A stretch of DNA of 33,105 nucleotides from Octopus sinensis. Lineage: Eukaryota. Where the stretch lies: NCBI RefSeq assembly GCF_006345805.1, contig NW_021836853.1, positions 1 through 33,105 on the forward strand, in the 5' to 3' direction. The position numbers and the translations under genes are program-made. The notes beneath the pieces are model-generated. The model did not search any database and was not told the origin of the DNA. It saw only the letters and a program-made list of their open reading frames with translations. Positions 1-11,656 of this stretch are shown here, one piece after another (the stretch's first letter is position 1; every line of letters starts with the position of its first letter).

Positions 1-140
1 TCGCACTCTTTCTATAAACTACACACACTACTACGATGTGAAGTGAGTATGTGTGTGTGTGTCCTAGCGCACTTGCACTGCTGTCTGCCTCACTCACGCT
101 CGAACGTTCGCTCTATTCTTTCCCTCTCTCATCCAGTTCA

Positions 141-3100
141 CCCGCTCTTTTCCTCCCCCTCTCCTTGTCTCTATATCTCTCTCTCTCTTTCCCTATTCTC
201 TTACTATATCTCCCTCGATTCTCCTCTCCCCTTCACTCCCGTTCTTTTCCTCCCCCTCTCCTTGTCCCTATATATCTCTCTCCATCCCTATTCTCTTACT
301 ATATCTCCCTCGCTTCTCCTCTCCCCTTCACTCCCGTTCTTTTCCTCCCCCTCTCCTTGTCTCTATATCTCTCTCTCATTCCCTATTCTCTTACTATATC
401 TCCCTCGCTTCTCCTCTGCCCTTCACTCCCGTTCTTTTCCTCCCCCTCTCCTTGTCTCTATATCTCTCTCTCATTCCCTATTCTCTTACTATATCTCCCT
501 CGCTTCTCCTCTCCCCTTCACTCCCGTTCTTTTCCTCCCCCTCTCCTTGTCTCTATATCTCTCTCTCTTTCCCTATTCTCTTACTATATCTCCCTCGCTT
601 CTCCTCTCCCCTTCACTCCCGTTCTTTTCCTCCCCCTCTCCTTGTCTCTATATCTCTCTCTCATTCCCTATTCTCTTACTATATCTCCCTCGCTTCTCCT
701 CTCCCCTTCACTCCCGTTCTTTCCCCCTCCTCCTTGTCTCTATATATCTCTCTCTCTCTTTTTCCTATTCTCTTACTATATCTCCCTCGCTTCTCCTCTC
801 CCTTCACTCCCGTTCTTTTCCTCCCCCTCTCCTTGTCTCTATATATCTTTCTCTTTCCCTATTCTCTACTATATCTCATCTCGCTTCTCCTCTCCCCTTC
901 ACTCCCGTTCTTTTTCTCCCCTCTCCTTTTCTATATATATCTCTCTCTTTCCCCTATTCTCTTACTATATCTCTCTCGCTTCTCCCTCTCCCCTTCACTC
1001 CCGTCTTTTTCCTCCCCCCCCTCCTTTCTCTCTATATCTCTCTCTTTCCCTATTCTCTTACTATATCTCCTCGCTTCTCCTCTCTCTCCCCTTCACTCCC
1101 GTTCTTTACACCCCCCTCCCTTTTCTCTATATATCTCTCTCTTTCCCTGTTCTCTTACTATATCTCACTCGCTTCTCCTCTCCCCTTCACTCCCGTTCTT
1201 TTCCTCCCCCTCTCCTTTTCTCTATATCTCTATCTCTTTCCCTATTCTCTTACTATATCTCTCTCGCTTCTTCTCCTCTCCCCTTCACTCTCCCGTTCTT
1301 TCCTCCCCCTCTCCTTGTCTCTATATCTCTCTCTTTCCCTATTCTCTTACTATATCTCCCTCGCTTCTCCTCTCCCCTTTACTCCCGTTCTTTTCCTCCC
1401 TCCCCCACTCCCTTTCTCTATATATCTCTCTCTTTCCCTGTTCTCTTACTATATCTCCCTCGCTTCTCCTCTCCCCTTCACTCCCGTTCTTTTTCCTCCC
1501 CCCCTCTCCCTTTCTATATCTCTCTCTTTCCCTGTTCTCTTACTATATCTCCCTCGCTTCTCCTCTCCCCTTCACTCCCGTTCTTTTCCTCCCCCTCTCC
1601 TTGTCTCTATATCTCTCTCTCATTCCCTGTTCTCTTACTATATCTCCCTCGCTTCTCCTCTTCCCTTCACTCCCGTTCTTTTCCTCCCCCTCTCCTTTTC
1701 TCTCTATATCTCTCTCTTTCCCTATTCTCTTACTATATCTCCCTCGCTTCTCCTCTCCCCTTCACTCCCGTCTTCTTTTTCTCCCCCTCTCCTTTCTATA
1801 TATATATCTCCTCTCTCCCCTCTCTCTTTCTTCCTAGTCTCTTACTATATCTCTCTCGCTTCTCCTCTCCCCTTCACTCCCGTTCTTTTCTCTCCCCCTC
1901 TCCTGGTTCTCTATATATCTCTCTCTTTCCCTATTCTCTTACTATATCTCCCTCGCTTCTCCTCTCCCCTTCACTACTCCCGTTCTTTTCCTCCCCCTCT
2001 TTCTTTGTCTCTATATATCTCTCTCTTTTCCCTATTCTCTTACTATATCTCCCTCGCTCTCTCCCCTCTCTCTCCTCTCCCCTTCACTCACTCCCGTTCT
2101 TTCCTCCCCCCTCCTTTTCTCTATATCCTCTCTCTTTCCCTATTCTCTTACTATATCTCCCTCGCTTCTCCTCTCCCCTTCACTCCGTTCTTTCTCCCCC
2201 TCTCCTTGTCTCTATATATCTCTCTCTTTTCCCTGTTCTCTTACTATATCTCCCTCGCTTCTCCTCTCCCCTTCACTCCCGTTCTTTTTTTTCCTCCCCC
2301 TCTCCCTGTCTCTATATCTCTCTCTCTTTCCCTCTTCTCTTACTATATCTCCCTCGCTTCTCCTCTCCCCTTCACTCCCTTCTTTTCCTCCCCCTCCTCT
2401 CCTTTTCTCTATATATCTCTCTCTTTCCCTATTCTCTTACTATATCTCCCTCGCTTCTCCTCTCCCTTCACTCCATCCCGTTCTTTTCCTCCCCCCCTCC
2501 CTCCTGTCTCTATATATCTCTCTCTCTTTCCCTGTTCTCTTACTATATCTCCCTCGCTTCTCCTCTCCCCCTTCACTCCCGTTCTTTCCTCCCCCCCTCC
2601 TCTGTCTCTATATATCTCTCTCTTTCCCTATTCTCTTACTATATCTCCCCTCGCTTCTCCTCTCCCCTTCACCTCCCGTTCTTTTTTCCTCCCCCCTCTC
2701 CTTTCTCTATATCTTCTCTCTTTCCCTATTCTCTTACTATATCTCCCTCGCTTCTCCTCTCCCCTTCACTCCCGTTCTTTTTCCTCCCCCTCTCCTTTTC
2801 TCTATATCTCTCTCTTTCCCTATTCTCTTACTATATCTCCCTCGCTTCTCCTCTCCTCCCCTTCACTCCCGTTCTTTTCCTCCCCTCTCCTTGTCTCTAT
2901 ATATCTCTCTCTTTCCCTATTCTCTTACTATATCTCTCCTCGCTTTCTCCTCTCCCTTTATCCCGTTCTTTTCCTCCCCCCCCACTCTCCTTTCTCTATA
3001 TATCTCTCTCTTTCCCTGTTCTCTTACTATATCTCCCTCGCTTCTCCTCTCCCCTTCACTCCCGTTCTTTTCCTCCCCCTCTCCTTGTCTCTCTATATCT

Positions 3101-6048
3101 CTCTCTTTCCCTATTCTCTTACTATATCTCCCTCGCTTCTCCTCTCCCCTTCACTCCCGTTCTTTTCCTCCCCCTCTCCTTTTCTCTATTTATCTCTCTC
3201 TTTCCCTGTTCTCTTACTATATCTCCCTCGCTTCTCCTCTCCCCTTCACTCCCGTTCTTTTCCTCCCCCTCTCCTTTCTCTATATATCTCTCTCTTTCCC
3301 TGTTCTCTTACTATATCTCCCTCGCTTCTCCTCTCCCCTTCACTCCCGTTCTTTTCCTCCCCCTCTCCTTTTCTCTATATATCTCTCTCTTTCCCTATTC
3401 TCTTACTATATCTCCCTCGCTTCTCCTCTCCCCTTTACTCCCGTTCTTTTCCTCCCTCCCCCCCTCCCTTTCTCTATATATCTCTCTCTTTCCCTATTCT
3501 CTTACTATATCTCCCTCGCTTCTCCTCTCCCCTTTACTCCCGTTCTTTTCCTCCCTCCCCCACTCCCTTTCTCTATATATCTCTCTCTTTCCCTGTTCTC
3601 TTACTATATCTCCCTCGCTTCTCCTCTCCCCTTCACTCCCGTTCTTTTCCTCCCCCTCTCCTTTTCTCTATTATCTCTCTCTTTCCCTGTTCTCTTACTA
3701 TATCTCCCTCGCTTCTCCTCTCCCCTTTACTCCCGTTCTTTTCCTCCCTCCCCCACTCCCTTTCTCTATATATCTCTCTCTCTTTCCCTGTTCTCTTACT
3801 ATATCTCCCTCGCTTCTCCTCTCCCCTTCACTCCCGTTCTTTTCCTCCCCCCCTCCCTTTCTCTATATATCTCTCTCTTTCCCTGTTCTCTTACTATATC
3901 TCCCTCGCTTCTCCTCTCCCCTTCACTCCCGTTCTTTTCCTCCCCCTCTCCATTTCTCTATTTATCTCTCTCTTTCCCTGTTCTCTTACTATATCTCCCT
4001 CGCTTCTCCTCTCCCCTTCACTCCCGTTCTTTTCCTCCCTCCCCCACTCCCTTTCTCTATATATCTCTCTCTTTCCCTGTTCTCTTACTATATCTCCCTC
4101 GCTTCTCCTCTCCCCATCACTCCCGTTCTTTTCCTCCCCCTTTCCTTGTCTCTCTATCTCTCTCTCTTTCCCTATTCACTTACTATATCTCCCTCGCTTC
4201 TCCTCTCCCCTTCACTCCCGTTCTTTTCCTCCCCTTCTCCCTTTCTCTATATATCTCTCTCTTTCCCTATTCTCTTACTATATCTCCCTCGTTTCTCCTC
4301 TCCCCTTCACTCCCGTTCTTTTCCTCCCTCCCCCTCTCCCTTTCTCTATATATCTCTCTCTCCTTCCCTATTCTCTTACTATATCTCCCTCGCTTCACCC
4401 TCCCCTTCACTCCCGTTCTTTTTCTCCCCCTCTCCTTTTCTATATATATCTCTCTCTTTCCCTACTCTCTTACTATATCTCCCTCGCTTCTCCTCTCCCC
4501 TTCACTCCCGTTCTTTTCCTCCCCCTCTCCTTGTCTCTATATATCTCTCTCTTTCCCTATTCTCTTACTATATCTCCCTCGCTTCTCCTCTCCCCTTCAC
4601 TCCCGTTCTTTTCCTCCCCCTCTCCTTGTCTCTATATATCTCTCTCTTTCCCTATTCTCTTACTATATCTCCCTCGCTTCTCCTCTCCCCTTCCCTCCCG
4701 TTCTTTTCCTCCCCCTCTCCTTGTCTCTATATATCTCTCTTTCCCTATTCTCTTACTATATCTCCCTCGCTTCTCCTCTCTCCTCCCCTTCACTCCCGTT
4801 CTTTTCCTCCCCCACTCCCTTTCTCTATATATCTCTCTCTTCCCTATTCTCTTACTATATCTCCTCGCTTCTCCTCTCCCCTTCACTCCCGTTTTTTTTT
4901 CCTTTCCCTCTTTTCCTCCCCCCCTCTCCTTTTCTCTATATATCTCTCTCCATCCCTATTCTCTTACTATATCTCCCTAGCTTCACCCACCCCTTCACTC
5001 CCGTTCTTTTTCTCCCCCTCTCCTTTTCTCTATATATCTCTCTCTTTCCCTACTCTCTTACTATATCTCCCTCGCTTCTCCTCTCCCCTTCACTCCCGTT
5101 CTTTTCCTCCCCCACTCCTTGTCTCTATATCTCTCTCTTTCCCTATTCTCTTACTATATCTCCCTCGCTTCTCTCTCCCCTTCACTCCCGTTCTTTTTCT
5201 CCCCCCTCCTTGTCTCTATATATCTCTCTCTCTTTCCCTATTCTCTTACTATATCTCCCTCGCTTCTCCTCTCCCCTTCACTCCCGTTCTTTTCCTCCCC
5301 CCTCCTTGTCTCTATATATCTCTCTCTTTCCCTATCTCTTACTATATCTCCTCGCTTCTCCTCTCCCTCCCCTTCACTCCCGTTCTTTTCCTCCCCCACT
5401 CCCTTTCTCTATATATCTCTCTCTTTCCCTATTCTCTTACTATATCTCCCTCGCTTCTCCTCTCCCCTTCACTCCCGTTCTTTTCCTCCCCCTCTCCCTT
5501 TCTATATATCTCTCTCTTTCCCTATTCTCTTACTATATCTCCCACGCTTCTCCTCTCCCCTTCACTCCCGTTCTTTTTCTCTCCCTCTCCTTTTCTCTCT
5601 ATATCTCTCTCTTTCCCTACTCTCTTACTATATCTCCGTCGCTTCTCCTCTCCCCTTAACTCCCGTTCTTTTCCTCTCCCTCTCCTTTTCTCTCTATATC
5701 TCTCTCTTTCCCTACTCTCTTACTATATCTCCCTCGCTTCTCCTCTCCCCTTCACTCCCGTTTTTTCATCCCCCTCTCCTTGTCTCTATATATCTCTCTC
5801 TTTCCCTATTCTCTTACTATATCTCCCTCGCTTCTCCTCTCCCCTTCACTCCCGTTCTTTTCCTCCTCCTCTCCTTGTCTCTATATATCTCTCTCTTTCC
5901 CTATTCTCTTACTATATCTCCCTCGCTTCTCCTCTCCCCTTCACTCCCGTTCTTTTCCTCCCCCTCTATTTTTCTCTATATATCTCTCTCCATCCCTATT
6001 CTCTTACTATATCTCCCTCGCTTCTCATCTCCCTTTCACTCCAGTTCT
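141..6048. repeat. Tandem satellite, ~95-bp unit, ~62 copies, strongly pyrimidine-rich on + strand
   Basis: Unit ~ctctctctttccctattctcttactatatctccctcgcttctcctctccccttcactcccgttcttttcctccccctctccttgtctctatat; the cccta anchor recurs at 191, 286, 381, 476, 571 (period 95). Later units vary by a few bases. Confidence 0.97.
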
Positions 6049-6227
6049 TCTTTTACCCTCACCCGCATTCACTCACTCCTCCTTTCTCTTACATGCATCC
6101 TCCCTTTCGCCGAATCCCTCCCTCGTTTCTTCTTACATACATCTCCCCCTTTCCTTAATAACTCCCTCATTTCTTTACCCCCTATTCTACTTCATTTCTC
6201 CCCCTTTTTTCTTTCCATCAACCAACA

Positions 6228-6280
<53 letters not shown>

Positions 6281-6282
6281 AT

Positions 6283-6515
6283 TTACTTACTCTTTTACTC
6301 TTTTACTTGTTTCAGCCATTGTGCCTTTTGCCGATCCGCTTCGTGACGGGGACATAAACACACCAGCATCGGATGTGAAGCAATGCTAGGGGGCTATAGC
6401 AGAAGACACTTGCCGAAGATGCCACGCAGTGGGACTGAACCCGGAACCATGTGGTTGGTTAGCAAGCTACTTACCACACACCCACTCCTGGCTATATACA
6501 TATACATATATATAC

Positions 6516-6579
<64 letters not shown>

Positions 6580-7090
6580 GACAGGCTTTTTCAGTTTCCG
6601 TCTACCAAATCCACTCACAAGGCATTGGTCGGCCCGGGGCTATAGCAGTAGATACTTGCCCAAGATGCCACGCAGTGGGACTGAACCCGGAACCATGTGG
6701 TTGGTTAGCAAGCTTCTTAACACACAGCCACTCCTATGCCTATATATATATACGACAGGCTTCTTTCAGTTTCCGTCTACAAAATCCACTCACAAGGCAT
6801 TGGTCGGCCCGGGGCTATAGCAGAAGACACTTGCCCAAGATGCCACGCAGTGGGACTGAACCCGGAACCATGTGACTGGTTAGCAAGCTACTTACCACAC
6901 AGCCACCCCTAAGTCTATATACATATATACGACAGGCTTCTTTCAGTTTCCGTCTACCAAATCCACTAACAAGGCATTGGTCGGCCCGGGGCTATAGCAG
7001 AAGACACTTGCCCAAGATCCCACGCAGTGGGACTGAACCCGGAACCATGTGATTGGTTAGCAAGCTACTTACCACACATCCACTCCTGCG

Positions 7091-7092
<2 letters not shown>
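6283..7092 (-). mobile_element. Tandem array of tRNA-CORE SINE 5' halves: one internally deleted SINE (6283-6492) plus three heads (6578-6740, 6752-6915, 6929-7092)
   Basis: Reverse complement of ggcgcaggagtggctgtgtggtaag...ggttcagtccc...ttgggcaagtgtcttct...gaagcctgtcgt repeated, separated by (TA)n. The terminal (TAAAAGAG)n tail is at 6283-6305. Confidence 0.9.
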
Positions 7093-7165
<73 letters not shown>

Positions 7166-7219
7166 ATATATACATATATATATAATATATAATATACATA
7201 TATATATATATACATATAC

Positions 7220-7250
<31 letters not shown>

Positions 7251-7257
7251 CATATAC

Positions 7258-7288
<31 letters not shown>

Positions 7289-7292
7289 CATA

Positions 7293-7354
<62 letters not shown>

Positions 7355-7720
7355 ATAGTAGGAGCTTCTATATATATATATATATATACATGCACACTAC
7401 AGATATGTATATATTTGTATGCGTAGATACATGCACACATATGTTACAGCAAAACAAGAGATACATAAAGTAAGACTATGGTAAGAGGAATATAGAAAAA
7501 GGGGGGCGTCGAATGTGCAGAATTAACACGGAATGAGAGAATAATAGAAGAAGAATAAAGGGGAGAGGGAGAGGGAGAGAGAGGGAGAGATAGATCGGAT
7601 GTGAAACGGAGATGAAGGAAGAGAAATAGGATGGGAAGAGGCTGAGGAAAAGTGAACGTAAGTAAGAGAGAGAGAGTGATGTTGGTTGATGGAAAGAAAA
7701 AAAGGGGGGAAAATGAAGTA

Positions 7721-8235
7721 GGCGCAGGAGTGGCTGTGTGGTAAGTAGCTTGCTAACCAACCACATGGTTCCGGGTTCAGTCCCACTGCGTGGCATCTTG
7801 GGCAAGTGTCTTCTACTATAGCCTCTGGCCGACCAATGCCTTGTGAGTGGATTTGGTAGACGGAAACTGAAAGAAGCCTGTCGTATATATATATAGGCGC
7901 AGGAGTGGCTGTGTGGTAAGTATCTTGCTAACCAACCACATGGTTCCGGGTTCACTCCCTCTGCGTGGCATCTTGGGCAAGTGTCTTCTACTATAGCCTC
8001 TGGCCAACCAATGCCTTGTGAGTGGATTTGGTAGACGGAAACTGAAAGAAGCCCGTCGTATATATATATATATATAGGTGTAGGAGTGGCTGTGTAAGTA
8101 GCCTGCTAACCAACCACAGGGTTCTGGGTTCAGTCGCACTGCGTGACATCTTGGGCAAGTGTCTTCTACTATAGCCTCTGGCCGACCAATGCCTTTTGAG
8201 TGGATTTGGTAGACGGAAACTGAAAGAAGCCCGTC

Positions 8236-8288
<53 letters not shown>

Positions 8289-8623
8289 TGTAGGAGTGGC
8301 TGTGTAAGTAGCCTGCTAACCAACCACATGGTTCCGGGTTCAGTCCCACTGCGTGGCATCTTGGGCAAGTGTCTTCTGCTATAGCCCCGGGCCGACCAAT
8401 GCCTTGTGAGTAGATTCGGTAGACGGAAACTGAAAGAAGCCTGTCGTATATATGTATATAGACTTAGGGGTGGCTGTGTGGTAAGTAGCTTGCTTACCAA
8501 CCACATGGTTCCGGGTTCAATCCCACTGCGTGGCATCTTGGGCAAGTGTCTTCTACTATAGCCTCTGGCCGACCAATGCCTTGTGAGTGGATTTGGTAGA
8601 CGGAAACTGAAAGAAGCCCGTCG

Positions 8624-8678
<55 letters not shown>

Positions 8679-9457
8679 AGGAGTGGCTGTATAAGTAGCC
8701 TGCTAACCAACCACATGGTTCCGGGTTCAGTCCCACTGCGTGGCATCTTGGGCAAGTGTCTTCTGCTATAGCCCCGGGCCGACCAATGCCTTGTGAGTGG
8801 ATTCGGTAGACGGAAACTGAAAGAAGCCTGTCGTATATATGTATATAGACTTAGGGTTGGCTGTGTGGTAAGTAGCTTGCTTACCAACCACATGGTTCCG
8901 GGTTCAGTCCCACTGCGTGGCATCTTGGGCAAGTGTCTTCTGCTATTGCCCCGGGCCGAGCAATGCCTTGTGAGTGGATTTGGTAGATGGAAACTGAAAG
9001 AAGCCCGTCGTATATATGTATATATATATGTGTGTGTTGTGTTTTGGTGTCTGTGTGTCCCCCTTGCATTGCTTGACAACCGGTGCTGGTGTGTTTATGT
9101 CCCCGATACTTAGCAGTTCGGCAAAAGTGTCTTCTAATATAGCCTCGGGCCGACCAATGCCTTGTGAGTGGATTTGGTAGACGGAAACTGAAAGAAGCCC
9201 GTCGTATATATGTATATATATATATGTGTGCGTGTATATTTGTGTGTGTGTGTTTGTCCCCCTAGCATTGCTTGACAACCGATGCTGGTGTGTTTATGTA
9301 CCCGTCACTAGCGGTTCGGCAAAAGAGACCGATAGAATAAGTACTGGGCTTACAAAGCATAAGTCCCGGGGTCGATTTGCTCGACTAAAGGCGGTGCTCC
9401 AGCATGGTCGCAGTCACATGACTGAAACAAGTAAAAGAGTAAAAGAGTAAAGAGTAA
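7721..9457 (+). mobile_element. Tandem array of seven SINE 5' halves plus one partial head, ending in a SINE 3' half
   Basis: Heads start at ~7721, 7896, 8077, 8287, 8461, 8676, 8848; partial head 9125-9204; 3' half 9226-9457 ending aaaagagtaaaagagt. Each head has A-box-like TGGCTGTGTGG and B-box-like GGTTCA(G/A/C)TCCC motifs, some with substitutions. Confidence 0.92.
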
Positions 9458-9565
9458 TATATACACACACACACATACGTAAATACATATCTATATGTAT
9501 GTATATATATATATATATATACACACACACATACGTAAATACATATCTATATGTATGTATATATT

Positions 9566-9770
9566 ACTCTTTTACTCTTTTACTTGTTTCAGTCATTTTG
9601 ACTGCGGCCATGCTGGAGCACCGCCTTTAGTCGAGCAAATCGACCCCGGGACTTATTCTTTGTAAGCCTAGTACTTATTCTATCGGTCTCTTTTGCCGAA
9701 CCGCTGAGTGACGGGGACGTAAACACACCAGCATCGGTTGTCAAGCAATGCTAGGGGGACAAACACAGAC
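9566..9770 (-). mobile_element. SINE 3' half
   Basis: Reverse complement of ccccctagcattgcttgacaaccgatgctgg...ggcggtgctccagcatggccgcagtc...gtaaaagagta. Confidence 0.9.
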
Positions 9771-9817
9771 ACACAAACACACACCCATATACATACATAT
9801 AGATATATATTTACGTA

Positions 9818-9851
<34 letters not shown>

Positions 9852-9853
9852 CA

Positions 9854-10016
9854 GGCGCAGGAGTGGCTGTGTGGTAAGTAGCTTGCTAACCAACCACATG
9901 GTTCCGGGTTCAGTCCACTGCGTGGCATCTAGGGCAAGTGTCTACATCTATAGCCCCGGGCCGACCAATGCCTTGTGAGTGGATTTGGTAGACGGAAACT
10001 GAAAGAAGCCTGTCGT
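9854..10016 (+). mobile_element. SINE 5' half (tRNA-like head + CORE-like domain)
   Basis: ggcgcaggagtggctgtgtgg...gaagcctgtcgt with no 3' half following. Confidence 0.9.
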
Positions 10017-10026
10017 ATATATGTAT

Positions 10027-10446
10027 AACGTTATGCCTCCTTCATCACCCCACACGGCCTCAAACTCGACACGTAGGCCTACATCAAGTGCATGAAGAAG
10101 TTAGTGCAGCCTTGGGTCAAGAGGGTGGCTGCTGGAAGACCCTATGTCTGCACCATGCCACACAAGCAGGAGAACCAAGTCTTGGCTGTCAGACAATTTT
10201 TACGACCACATCACCCTTAACATCTGGCCACCTAATTCCCCAGACTGCAACCCCTCTAGTTATTATATGTGGGCCGCAGTTGAGCGAGACTTCAGCAAAA
10301 CTCCTTGTAACACCAATGATGAGCTGAAGGTAAGAATTTTGGCATCATTCACAACCTTAAACAAGCAGACCGTCCAGAAGTGTTTCAGGAGATTCCGAAG
10401 TCGTCTGATGGCCGTGGTTAAAGTCAATGGCGATTTTATTGAATAA
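10027..10446 (+). pseudogene. Transposase catalytic-domain C-terminal remnant
   Basis: SAPCHTS...WPPNSPDCNP motif (Tc1/mariner WPxxSPDLNP). The QQD before SAPCH is deleted. Counting from the expected second Asp gives 37 residues before the (mutated) third catalytic position. The upstream frame has a stop and a frameshift. Confidence 0.8.
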
Positions 10447-10459
10447 ATTTACTCGTTAA

Positions 10460-10953
10460 CTACCATTATCGCCCGGAGTTGCTCGAGTTTGTAAGGGAAA
10501 TAACTATATAAGGATTTTTAGAGAGTTCTAGCCAAAAAAGAGCACAAAAATGCATTAAAAATAGAAAAAAATGATGGTAAATTTTTTTTAAATCGTTGAC
10601 TCATCGTAGACATTTTTAGAGAGTTACTTCACTTATGTAATAGCGAAAAAATGCATCAAAATGGAAAAAATGATGGTAAATTTTTTTTTAAATCGTTGAC
10701 ACATCGTAGACATTTTTAGAGAGTTACTTCCCTTATATAATAGCGAAAAAATGCATTAAAATGAAAAAAATTATATAAATTATTTTTAAAATCGTAGACC
10801 CATCGTAGACGCGCGCTAATACCCAGAAGGGCTCGATATGAATCACGACTATAAGATACCCGGTTTTGGTTAAACTGTACCGCAAAATGTGGGAGTAGTT
10901 AGGAATCTAAATCGTAGGAGACAGACACACAACTTCACTTTTATATATAAAGA
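10460..10953 (-). mobile_element. Non-autonomous Helitron, copy A (3 internal ~100-bp repeats)
   Basis: On minus strand it starts TCtttatatat, has a subterminal hairpin (cf. cccg-agcaacgc-cggg in the other copies, diverged here) and ends in a degenerate CTAG (GTAG). Confidence 0.85.
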
Positions 10954-11548
10954 CTAGCAGTATCGCCCGGCGTTGCTCGGGTTCGTAAGGGAAATAACTA
11001 TATAAGGATTTTTAGAGAGTTATAGCCAAAAAAGAGCAGAAAATGCATTAAAAATGGAAAAAAATGATGGTAAATTTTTTTTTAAATCGTTGACTCATCG
11101 TAGACATTTTTAGAGAGTTACTTCCCTTATGTAATAGCGAAAAAATGCATTAAAATGAAAAAAATGATGGTAAATTTTTTTTTAAATCGTTGACTCATCG
11201 TAGACATTTTTAGAGAGTTATTTCCCTTATGTAATAGCGAAAAAATGCATTAAAATGAAAAAAATGATGGTAAATCTTTTTTAAGATCGTTGACTCATTG
11301 TAGACATTTTTAGAGAGTTACTTCCCTTATGTAATAGCGAAAAAATGCATTAAAATGAAAAAAATGATGGCAAATCTTTTTTAAGATCGTAGACTCATCG
11401 TAGACGCGCGCTAATACCCAGAAGGGCTCGATATGAATCACGACTATAAGATACCCGGTTTTGGTTAAACTGCACCGCAAAATGTGGGAGTAGTTAGGAA
11501 TCTAAATCGTAGGAGACAGACACACAACTTCACTTTTATATATAAAGA
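10954..11548 (-). mobile_element. Non-autonomous Helitron, copy B (4 internal 100-bp repeats)
   Basis: Minus strand: A|TCtttatat...cccgagcaacgccggg-cgatactg-CTAG|T. Internal repeat anchors at 11105, 11205, 11305. Confidence 0.9.
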
Positions 11549-11656
11549 TATTTCAAAATATTTTAATGTAATTTTGGTAAATATATTTGTTAAAATGAGA
11601 AGTCAGTGTTATTTTAATTTTTGCGAAATTTAGGCGACGATAAATATACCTCACCC

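Noticed and set aside
43-6357. Very long ORFs (1645, 2035, 922 aa and others) rich in S/L/P/F
   Set aside because: They arise because the C/T-rich satellite almost never forms stop codons. All three + frames are open and encode the same frame-rotating repeat, with no domain.
7721-9204. Repeat-spacer appearance suggestive of CRISPR
   Set aside because: Repeats are ~165-bp SINE heads, spacers are (TA)n, the context is eukaryotic and there are no cas genes.
6383-9978. Repeated ORFs such as MPRSGTEPGTMWLVSKLL and [10 protein letters not shown]
   Set aside because: Translations of SINE heads and (TA)n tracts, not genes.
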